From the NCBI GenBank assembly GCA_964585305.1, contig CAZPDM010000005.1:36-64035 (forward strand): a DNA stretch of 64,000 bases, written 5' to 3'. This stretch comes from an uncultured Planctomycetota bacterium (lineage in GTDB: Bacteria > Planctomycetota > Uabimicrobiia > Uabimicrobiales > JABWCH01). Positions 36,934 to 44,983 of this stretch are shown here, in pieces (the stretch's first letter is position 1; every line of letters begins with the position of its first letter). The notes beneath the pieces were generated by a model. The model searched no databases and was not told the origin of the DNA. It saw only the letters and a program-made list of their open reading frames with translations. The translations under genes were made by a program, and so were the position numbers.

Positions 36934-38259
36934 ATGTCTATTATTCTGTTTCCTCAGTCTGAATCCCAAACACCTAAAGAAGAGATTCAATTCCCTCATC
37001 TCAAGCATGGTATCGAAGTTATGCAAATTGAATATCAAAACCAACCTATGGTTTTACTTCAAGATACTGAAGGGTTCGCAGAAAAACCAGCAATTATTTC
37101 TATTGCTGCATTTTTATTAGTCGCTTTAGCAGATGGAAAGCGTACTATAAAAGAATTACAAAGTCTTTTTATGGAAAAGACAGGGACGATGTTGCAAATT
37201 TTAGAAATTTATGGAATGTTGCAGCAACTTTCTGACTCTCATTTTTTAGAAACTTCTGAAGTCCAAGAATGGAGAAAACAAAAATTTGAGGAATTTCGTA
37301 CATCTAAAGTGCGGAAATCAGTCTTTATAGGTCGTGCATATCCAGAAGATAGACTACAATTAGCTGCTATGCTAGGCAGTTTTTTCCAAGATAAAAGAGG
37401 GCCAGAGAAACCGCTTTCAGAAACATCTAGCATTCAAAAACCTCCCTTAGCTGTTGTTACTCCTCACATTGATTTTGAACGTGGTGGACCTTTATATGCG
37501 TGGAGTTATCAATCTTTATCAGAATGTCAACAACCTGATGTGATTATAGCTTTAGGAGTAGCACATGCTTCGCCGAATTCTCCCTGGGTAATGACAGATA
37601 AAACATTTGAAACAATATACGGAAATATTGAAACAGATGCAGAGTTGTATCAAGAAATTGCAAGTGCATTATGGTACGATCCTAAAGCTGAAGAAATAAT
37701 TCATCATAATGAACATTCCTTAGAATTTCAAGCTCTTTGGCTTAAATACCTTTGGAGAGAAAAAAGCCCTAAATGGGTTCCTATCCTATGTTCATCTTTA
37801 GAAAAATATTGTGAGAATTGCACCCCCGCCTCTCTTCCTCATATTGAAGAAGCTATTCAAAAAATTGGATTGATCCTAAAAAAATATATAGAGCAAGGAA
37901 AAAAGATCATGATTTTAACAGGGATTGATCTTTCTCATGTAGGCCCTAAATTTGGAAATGACATAGAATTTAAGGATGAAAATGAAGCTATAGAATTTTG
38001 GAAAAAATTAGAAGAACTCGATCGCAATACTTTGCGTTTAGCAATGTCATTGGAAGCAGAAAAACTTTATCTCACTGGAATTGGGGAAAATTCTTGGCGA
38101 AATATATGTGGACTTACAAGTCTATATACTTTAGTACGTTGGCTTTCCATTATTACCAACAACACACCTGTTGAAAGCACCTTATTAGCTTACGATCAAT
38201 CTGAAGATATTCAAGGCGGAATGGTTTCTTTTGCCAGCATGATCTTTAGGAATCTTTAA
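36934..38259 (+). CDS. MEMO1/AmmeMemoRadiSam-B family protein with a PqqD/RRE-like N-terminal extension
   Basis: MEMO-type motifs: VVTPHIDFERGGPLYAWSY, GVAH, GIDLSHVGPKFG. N-terminal ~120 aa: MVLLQDTEGFAEKPAIISIAAFLLVALADGKRTIKELQSLF...LQQLSDSHFLE, which fits the PqqD-family pattern. Confidence 0.6.
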   Translation: MSIILFPQSESQTPKEEIQFPHLKHGIEVMQIEYQNQPMVLLQDTEGFAEKPAIISIAAFLLVALADGKRTIKELQSLFMEKTGTMLQILEIYGMLQQLSDSHFLETSEVQEWRKQKFEEFRTSKVRKSVFIGRAYPEDRLQLAAMLGSFFQDKRGPEKPLSETSSIQKPPLAVVTPHIDFERGGPLYAWSYQSLSECQQPDVIIALGVAHASPNSPWVMTDKTFETIYGNIETDAELYQEIASALWYDPKAEEIIHHNEHSLEFQALWLKYLWREKSPKWVPILCSSLEKYCENCTPASLPHIEEAIQKIGLILKKYIEQGKKIMILTGIDLSHVGPKFGNDIEFKDENEAIEFWKKLEELDRNTLRLAMSLEAEKLYLTGIGENSWRNICGLTSLYTLVRWLSIITNNTPVESTLLAYDQSEDIQGGMVSFASMIFRNL

Positions 38260-38444
38260 GAAAAAAGATAGAATATGATTGCATATATTTAAATATATTG
38301 CTACAATTATTGTTAATGGAAAATGCTCTGTCGCTTAAATTTTGACTGAGTACAATCAAAGATTAAGCAACAAATGTTTTCCTGCCTCAACAGAAATTTT
38401 TTAATTCTTTATCACTTCATATTTTTTATGTAGGAGTAATTATT

Positions 38445-38936
38445 ATGCCAGAAAAAGTTCTTATGAAAACCAACAAAGGCAATATAGAATTAGAGCTTGA
38501 CAGCGAAAAAGCCCCAATTTCTGTCAAAAATTTTATGCAATATGTTAGCGAAAAATTCTTTGATGGTCTTATTTTTCATCGTGTTATTCCTGATTTTATG
38601 ATTCAAGGCGGCGGATTTGATCCTAAGATGAACCAAAAAGAAGGCCATGCTCCTATTAAAAATGAAGCCAAAAATGGTCTTAAAAATTTACGTGGTACTA
38701 TTGCAATGGCTAGAACTGGTGTAATTGACAGTGCAACCAGCCAATTCTTTATCAATCTTAAAGATAATTCCTTTTTGGATCATGGAACACGCGATTTCGG
38801 ATATGCTGTATTTGGCAAAGTAACCAAAGGTATGGAAGTTGTTGATGCTATTGCTAAAATTCCTACCAAACGCACAGGACCAATGTCAGACATTCCTTCA
38901 GAAACCATACAAATTATTTCTGTAACAAAAATGTAG
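38445..38936 (+). CDS. ppiB: Cyclophilin-type peptidyl-prolyl cis-trans isomerase (no signal peptide)
   Basis: [24 protein letters not shown]...[27 protein letters not shown]. Confidence 0.9.
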   Translation: MPEKVLMKTNKGNIELELDSEKAPISVKNFMQYVSEKFFDGLIFHRVIPDFMIQGGGFDPKMNQKEGHAPIKNEAKNGLKNLRGTIAMARTGVIDSATSQFFINLKDNSFLDHGTRDFGYAVFGKVTKGMEVVDAIAKIPTKRTGPMSDIPSETIQIISVTKM

Positions 38937-38944
38937 AATTGAAA

Positions 38945-38983
38945 AGCAAGAACTTTTCTAAAATAAAGTTCTTGCTTTTTTTT
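38945..38983 (+). terminator. Intrinsic terminator after ppiB
   Basis: AGCAAGAACTTT-tctaaaat-AAAGTTCTTGCT followed by T8. Confidence 0.8.
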
Positions 38984-39050
38984 CAGCTTTAAGCTACTTT
39001 GTGTGTGAAAAATTAATTTTGTACACAAATTTTTACAAAAAGGGAAACAA

Positions 39051-39578
39051 ATGTATAAAATATTTATTTTCCTACTTATTCCAGTTATATTAACTGGATG
39101 TTTCAATATGAGTACCCAAGAAATGGAAGATGCCGGAGATATTTTACAATATATACCACCTGCAGCAGCTTATGCAACGACATTATATTTAGGTGATTCC
39201 GAAGGGCGTGTACAATTTTATCCATCTGCTTTAACAAGTTTAGCAGTTACTGCGGTACTAAAAGAAGCTGTTCCCAAAAAACGTCCCAATGGAGGAAAAC
39301 ATTCTTTTCCTTCCGGACATACTTCTATTGCCTTTCAAGGAGCAGGGTTTATTCATAAAAGATATGGATTGGGGTATGCTATTCCCGCTTATGCCATTGC
39401 CTCTTTTGTTGGGTATAGTAGAATTAAAGGAAAAAAACATTATGTGGAAGACGTTGTTGCAGGAGCAGCAATTGGTGTTGTCAGCAGCTTCATTTTTACT
39501 ACACCGTATCATGGTGTTTCAGTAACTCCATACGTAAAAGAAGGTGCTTATGGCATATCTATAAACAAAGATTGGTAA
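39051..39578 (+). CDS. PAP2-family (acid phosphatase/lipid phosphatase) lipoprotein
   Basis: Lipobox LTGC. PAP2 tripartite motif: KKRPNGG, SFPSGHTS, SRIKGKKHYVEDV. Confidence 0.8.
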   Translation: MYKIFIFLLIPVILTGCFNMSTQEMEDAGDILQYIPPAAAYATTLYLGDSEGRVQFYPSALTSLAVTAVLKEAVPKKRPNGGKHSFPSGHTSIAFQGAGFIHKRYGLGYAIPAYAIASFVGYSRIKGKKHYVEDVVAGAAIGVVSSFIFTTPYHGVSVTPYVKEGAYGISINKDW

Positions 39579-39601
39579 TATAATGGAAACTCAAATTTAA
39601 A

Positions 39602-39641
39602 ACCCTGGCTAATAATAGTTGATATTTAGCTAGGGTTTTTT
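39602..39641. terminator. Terminator hairpin between convergent genes
   Basis: ACCCTGGCTA-...-TAGCTAGGGT (10 bp including one G-U pair), then T6. Confidence 0.6.
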
Positions 39642-39652
39642 GTTAAATCATC

Positions 39653-40555
39653 TTATTTTTTTCTTATTTCAATACGCCATTCCGAGCCTGCGCCAATTTT
39701 ATAAGTTTGAGCAAAGCTATCTTGATTTAAAGCAACTGCTATTTGTAGAAGACTATTTAGATATAGAAGCGGCTGTCCTTTGGGAACATCTCCAAAACTT
39801 GGCATATAAGGAATTGATCCTTGATAGACTACTTTATCTAACTGAAAAATTTTTACATCACAAAGATTACCATATTGTACAGAAATATCCTCAAAAATTT
39901 CACCCGAAATATTTGTCCAAATATTACCAAAAGCAGGATCCAGCACAACAATTGTTCCAAATATAGTGTTGTCTTTACATTCTGCTTTAGTGTATGGCAG
40001 CATAGCTAATGTTTGATTAAAAACTGGGCCGACTTCTTCCCAAGTAATTTTGCCAGAAGCTAAACGCGCTCCAGCATAAACAAAAACATCTCGTCCATGA
40101 AATGTATAAGAAGCATTTGATCCTGGTAAGCGATTTCGTGTTTCATCAATTTGTCTGGCTTCACTAATTCCCAATTTTTCGGCAACTAAAGTTATTGTTC
40201 CATTATCTGGGGTAACAAAATAATGATTACTTTTAGTTTTCAAAATTATTGGTTTTCGAATTGTTCCTACACCCGGATCGATAACACTTACAAATACTGT
40301 TCCTGCCGGCCAATATGGAGCAACCTGCCATAAACGATAGGCACCTTCCCATATATCAAATGGAGTAATATTATGTGTAAGATCAAAAACAGGAAGGTTT
40401 CGATCAACACCAAAAGCAACACCTTTCATAGCAGCAACAGCACCATCTTGAGTCCCAAAATCAGTTTGTAAAACTAGCGCGTTTTGTGAAAAAGAACAAA
40501 TATTAAAAAGTACGACAAAAATAATCATCCAGAAAAAAAATATTTTGTTATTCAT
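39653..40555 (-). CDS. SAM hydroxide adenosyltransferase (DUF62, chlorinase/fluorinase-like) family protein with a signal-peptide-like N-terminus
   Basis: LQTDFGTQDGAVAAMKGV, FDLTHNITPFDIWEGAY, GTVFVSVIDPGVGT. The hydrophobic N-terminus is MNNKIFFFWMIIFVVLFNICSFSQ. Confidence 0.7.
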   Translation of the reverse strand: MNNKIFFFWMIIFVVLFNICSFSQNALVLQTDFGTQDGAVAAMKGVAFGVDRNLPVFDLTHNITPFDIWEGAYRLWQVAPYWPAGTVFVSVIDPGVGTIRKPIILKTKSNHYFVTPDNGTITLVAEKLGISEARQIDETRNRLPGSNASYTFHGRDVFVYAGARLASGKITWEEVGPVFNQTLAMLPYTKAECKDNTIFGTIVVLDPAFGNIWTNISGEIFEDISVQYGNLCDVKIFQLDKVVYQGSIPYMPSFGDVPKGQPLLYLNSLLQIAVALNQDSFAQTYKIGAGSEWRIEIRKK

Positions 40556-40578
40556 AAAATATCCTAACCAAGAAAATT

Positions 40579-42906
40579 TTAAAATCTCATGCTTACACCC
40601 ATTAAGGCAGATATAGTAAATAATTCAAGCTCACTATTAGCAAATTTCTCATGGACATAATTTGTATTGCCAGATTTAAGGCTATTTGGCAACCCAGCTT
40701 CAATTGCTGTGCTGACGGTAAGATTTCGATTGATAACATAACTTGCGCCTAGTGTAACATGATGTTCTGTAATTGCAGCAAGCTGTGGGTTAAGATATTC
40801 ATCAGGAACAATACCACTGCTATAATTATAACCCATACGCCAAATCCAATTTGGCGAGGATTGCCAAACTAAACCAATAGCAGCAATGTATTGATCTTTC
40901 CAGCCAACTGGGATAGAAGCAGTTGTTCCGTTTGCTCCAATTAAGGCATTCAAATCTGCATTAGTTCCATTTTTTACTTTTGCTTTAATAACGTATTGAG
41001 TATCAGAATAATTTATCCAACGAAAATCAGCAGATAATAAAAGATTGTCGCCCAAAAGCCAGCTAAAACCTACGCCAGCTTGTTGTGGCATTTCAAAATC
41101 AATTTTCATATCATATTTACCAGAAAAGCCTTCTCGTCCATTATTTGGAAGGACAATTTTAACAATATGGGCAACATCAATATCATTAAAATGGCGATTG
41201 AAATCTAAAGTAACTTTTCCTGTAGCATCCATCATCCAAGTTTTAGGACTATACATAGCTCCTAATTGCATATTTTTGTTAATTTTCCAGAGAAATCCTA
41301 ATCTTCCACCAACACCAAAACCATAAAGAGCATTGGTATCAAGTTCCCCTTTGATATTGTTTATATCGCGTGTAGCAACTAAATATTGCCCAAACGTTGT
41401 CTGTGTATTTTCAAACGGAGTACCTTTTAAAATAAGAGAACTTTGAGAAATAAGCCCATCAAGCTCTAAACTTTCCCAATTTAAATTTAAAGATACACCA
41501 ATACTAAAACGATCGCCAAAACGATACGCAACAGAAGGTGCAACGGAAACAACCATTATATCTGTACGATTTTCAACGCCTTCTTGAAAGAAATCATCTG
41601 TCTTGACTTTAACGGTATAACGCGCTCCTGCTTGAGGAAATACACCAAAACCAAATTTCCAACCAGAAGCTCTGACATTCATTGGAGTTTCATGATCAGC
41701 ATTACGTTGGCAAATTGGAACAGGTTTATCTGCTTCACGTTGAATACCACCATGCAAATTTCTTGCTAAAATTCGATTTGGAATACTAGCAAGTAATTCT
41801 AATCTTGCAGAAGGTTGCATTTTATATGAATAAAATAATTTTATTTTTTGAGAAGAAATATTTTTAAAAAATGAAGCTAGCATCAAACGCAAAGGCTTTG
41901 TATTCTGTATAGAATATTCTTGAACATCCAAAGCCGCTATCATTCCTACATCTTTATTAGAATGATAGTTTAATGGAATCTTTTCCCAATATATTTCTCC
42001 CGCCAACCGATAGCCTAATAATATTTCTGTAAGTTGTATCTCTAAACTATCTGATTGATCTGAACTAATTCGAATTAAACAAGGCGAATATGGTTTCGAC
42101 CAGGCTAAAGCAATATAGCCTAGATTAGTATTAGGATCAATTGGGTTTTGATTATTTTTATTAAGAATAACTTTTTCAGAAATTTCATCAACTTCAATCT
42201 TGATCTGCGAATTTCCAGTACCACGCCATGTAAAATGCGCAGCAACTGTTGTAATTTGAGCTTGAGGGGGAAGTGCAGGCAACATATTGGTAGCAAAAAA
42301 TATTTTACTTAAAGATTTCTGAGGAATTACAACACGCACCCCTTGCAATACAATATCGTTTCCCGTAACATTTAATTCTAAATTCTCGATATTTTCTGGT
42401 AAGGAAAATTCCATTTTTCCAATTCCAGTATTTTGAGAATTTTCTGTCGCTAAAGGCTGATTATTAGAAAAATAGATGTACTCACTATTTCTAGGAGTTC
42501 CACAAAAAATATATCTCCAAGGATCTAAAAAAATTTCTCCAGTTTGGTTAAGATGATCCCAGGCAAATGCAGCAGAACCAATGGCAATAGGCTCAAAATA
42601 GGATTCAGATTTATTTGTCGCATTTTCGAATGAAATACTAGGAAAATATGCACCTGCTGAAAATTCCATTGTTTTACCATATAAAAATCCTAAACCACCA
42701 GGATTTGTATTGATACAAGTAGCGTCTGATGCTATTCCAATATCTACACCAGCCCGCCCCGCACCTGGGATTCCCATAAAAATAGGAAACATTCCATTCG
42801 TCGCTGCAATTGGCAACGATAAAATTATCGCCCCAAAAAGCAGAAAAATATTTTTTTTGTTTGTCATAAAGAAGGAATAATTTGTCAAAAGTAAATTTTT
42901 TTTCAT
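40579..42906 (-). CDS. Large outer-membrane beta-barrel, FadL/OmpP1/TodX-like ends with a long internal insertion
   Basis: The N-terminal GIPGAGRAGVDIGIASDATCINTNPGGLGF resembles the FadL-family hatch. The protein shows alternating-residue beta strands and a C-terminal ...MGVSMRF (terminal-Phe beta-signal). Alternative start at M14 (42867). Confidence 0.5.
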   Translation of the reverse strand: MKKNLLLTNYSFFMTNKKNIFLLFGAIILSLPIAATNGMFPIFMGIPGAGRAGVDIGIASDATCINTNPGGLGFLYGKTMEFSAGAYFPSISFENATNKSESYFEPIAIGSAAFAWDHLNQTGEIFLDPWRYIFCGTPRNSEYIYFSNNQPLATENSQNTGIGKMEFSLPENIENLELNVTGNDIVLQGVRVVIPQKSLSKIFFATNMLPALPPQAQITTVAAHFTWRGTGNSQIKIEVDEISEKVILNKNNQNPIDPNTNLGYIALAWSKPYSPCLIRISSDQSDSLEIQLTEILLGYRLAGEIYWEKIPLNYHSNKDVGMIAALDVQEYSIQNTKPLRLMLASFFKNISSQKIKLFYSYKMQPSARLELLASIPNRILARNLHGGIQREADKPVPICQRNADHETPMNVRASGWKFGFGVFPQAGARYTVKVKTDDFFQEGVENRTDIMVVSVAPSVAYRFGDRFSIGVSLNLNWESLELDGLISQSSLILKGTPFENTQTTFGQYLVATRDINNIKGELDTNALYGFGVGGRLGFLWKINKNMQLGAMYSPKTWMMDATGKVTLDFNRHFNDIDVAHIVKIVLPNNGREGFSGKYDMKIDFEMPQQAGVGFSWLLGDNLLLSADFRWINYSDTQYVIKAKVKNGTNADLNALIGANGTTASIPVGWKDQYIAAIGLVWQSSPNWIWRMGYNYSSGIVPDEYLNPQLAAITEHHVTLGASYVINRNLTVSTAIEAGLPNSLKSGNTNYVHEKFANSELELFTISALMGVSMRF

Positions 42907-43225
42907 TCAAAACCTCGAAAAATAATCAAATTAAGAGAGGAAAATATAAGAAAAAAACTTTTATTCTAAATTTTTTTTAATGTTTTTAGCTGCAATCATT
43001 CTAACAAAAAATTTTTATCAATCAACTTGATTACTAAATAATTTTTCCCTTAGTTAAATTTTTCCTTGCTTTTTATCGTTTTTTTTGACAGAATATTTTT
43101 AACGCATTTAGACAAATCTAATGCAGTTGGCACTTGGCTAAAGATCATAAGATTGAAATAATTTTCAGTTTTTTTTGATTATATATAGCGTCATGTTTTT
43201 TTAACTTTTAAAGAAAGGTTCCATA

Positions 43226-44917
43226 ATGCAAATCAAACAAATTTTTGCATGGACTATTCTTATTCTATGTTTGGGATTCAACTGTATGAATAATGCCCAA
43301 GAAATTACCAAAGTATCCACTCATGTTCCCACTCCAATTATTGCTAATTTAAATACCCTCGATGCTAAAGAACTTGAAGCCTTGTATTATTTAGTTAAAG
43401 CAGGAACCATAATGGATCAGATTTATTTTCGCCAAGTTTATAGCAAAAATCCTGAAGTATGGCAGGCTTTGCAAAAATATACTGGTGAAGATAAAAAATC
43501 TTTAGAAGCTAAATTCCAAATCCATTTTGGAGCATTCGACCGTTTACAAAATGATCGGCCTTTTTTTGGAGAAAATACAAAGCCACTAGGAGCAGCATTT
43601 TATCCAGAAAATATGACTAAAGAAGAATTTCTTGATTTTGTAAAAAAACACCCTGAACTAAAAGAAAACTTTGAATCTCCCTATACAGTTATCATTCGTA
43701 ATGAATCTGGAGAACTTCAAGCCACTCCCTACCCAGAATTTTATGCTAAATTTGTAAAAGAAGCAGCCAAATATTTAGAATCTGCTGCAAATGTAACAGA
43801 AAATCCTGGATTAAAAAAATATTTTTTAAGTCGTGCGCAAGATTTACTTAGCAATGACTATTTTCAAAGCGACTGTGATTGGTTAGACTTAAAAGACAAT
43901 CACTTGGAATTTGTAATCGGACCCTATGAAGTTTATGAAGATAGCTTATTTAATTATAAAGCTGCGTATGAAGCTTTTATTTATATGATTGATTCTGTAG
44001 AAACAGAAAAAGTACAGGCTTTTATCCATTACCTTAAAGATATGCAAAATAATCTTCCTGTAGATAAAAAATATCTAAGCGAAACTTTAGCAACACTGTC
44101 TCCTTTAAAAGTTGTAGATTTAGTTTTTTCTGCGGGAGATGCCAAAGCAGGAGTACACACGATTGCCTTTGCACTTCCTAATGATGAAAAAGTAAGAGAA
44201 CTAAAAGGTTCTAAAAAAATCATCATGCAAAATGTTATGGAAGCCAAATATAAAAGTATTCTTTTTCCCATTGCCCAAATTATGATTGACCCTAGCCAAT
44301 TAGAACATATAAATTTTAAAGCATTCTTATATCATGTTATTTTGCATGAATTATCTCACCCATTAGGAACAGATTATATAGATCCTCAATCAGAAAAAAT
44401 CCCAGTAAGAAAATCTTTGAAAGAACTATATAGTATTATTGAAGAAGCAAAAGCAGATACAGTAGGGTTATACAATTCATTACTGATGATGGAAAAGAAA
44501 GTTATTCCTAGTGAATTACAAAAAGCAATGTTTGTAACACAATTAGCTTCTATGTTCCGATCCATGAGGTTTGGTGTAGAAGAAGCTCACGGAGGCGCAA
44601 ACCTTATTCAAATTAACTTTCTCAAAGAATATGGTGCTATTGTAGAAAAAGATGGCTATTATTCTATTAACTTTGAAAAAATTGTACCTGGCTTAAAAAT
44701 TTTAGTCAAAGAAATCTTGGAAATTGAAGGTACTGGCGATTACGATCGTGCAAAAGCCTTAATTGAAAAATATGGTAAATTAAACGATAATTTACAACAA
44801 AAACTCCTGAAATTAAAAACAATTCCTATTGATATACAACCAATTTTTCAATCCATACGAGATATTGGCACAAAATTCCAAGATAAAAATTTAAATAAAG
44901 ACAGATACTTAGATTAA
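43226..44917 (+). CDS. Exported zinc metallopeptidase, DPP III (M49)-like with a pentapeptide HExxH
   Basis: Signal peptide present. HELSHPLG plus downstream EEAKAD parallel the M49 HExxGH/EExR(K)AE motif pair. Confidence 0.5.
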   Translation: MQIKQIFAWTILILCLGFNCMNNAQEITKVSTHVPTPIIANLNTLDAKELEALYYLVKAGTIMDQIYFRQVYSKNPEVWQALQKYTGEDKKSLEAKFQIHFGAFDRLQNDRPFFGENTKPLGAAFYPENMTKEEFLDFVKKHPELKENFESPYTVIIRNESGELQATPYPEFYAKFVKEAAKYLESAANVTENPGLKKYFLSRAQDLLSNDYFQSDCDWLDLKDNHLEFVIGPYEVYEDSLFNYKAAYEAFIYMIDSVETEKVQAFIHYLKDMQNNLPVDKKYLSETLATLSPLKVVDLVFSAGDAKAGVHTIAFALPNDEKVRELKGSKKIIMQNVMEAKYKSILFPIAQIMIDPSQLEHINFKAFLYHVILHELSHPLGTDYIDPQSEKIPVRKSLKELYSIIEEAKADTVGLYNSLLMMEKKVIPSELQKAMFVTQLASMFRSMRFGVEEAHGGANLIQINFLKEYGAIVEKDGYYSINFEKIVPGLKILVKEILEIEGTGDYDRAKALIEKYGKLNDNLQQKLLKLKTIPIDIQPIFQSIRDIGTKFQDKNLNKDRYLD

Positions 44918-44983
44918 GTTAAAAAATTTTTTTAATAAAATGGTGAAAGAATAGGCAAAAACACCTATTCTTTCATAAAAAAC

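Noticed and set aside
36725-37120. 131-aa plus-strand ORF spanning the divergent promoter region and the start of the MEMO-like gene.
   Set aside because: It overlaps the 5' ends of two supported genes in other frames. The sequence is low-complexity and has no RBS.
38320-38395. Imperfect long hairpin (GGAAAATG...CGCTTAA / TTAAGCA...TGTTTTCC) upstream of ppiB, considered as a possible riboregulator.
   Set aside because: The pairing is interrupted by several mismatches and bulges. The sequence is AT-rich, and the structure is unlikely to be more stable than shuffled sequence. I do not recognise any riboswitch class in it.
39258-39966. ORFs 39258..39512 (-), 39289..39525 (+) and 39640..39966 (+).
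   Set aside because: They overlap the PAP2 gene or the SAM-hydrolase-like gene, both of which carry clear family motifs. I judge them spurious.
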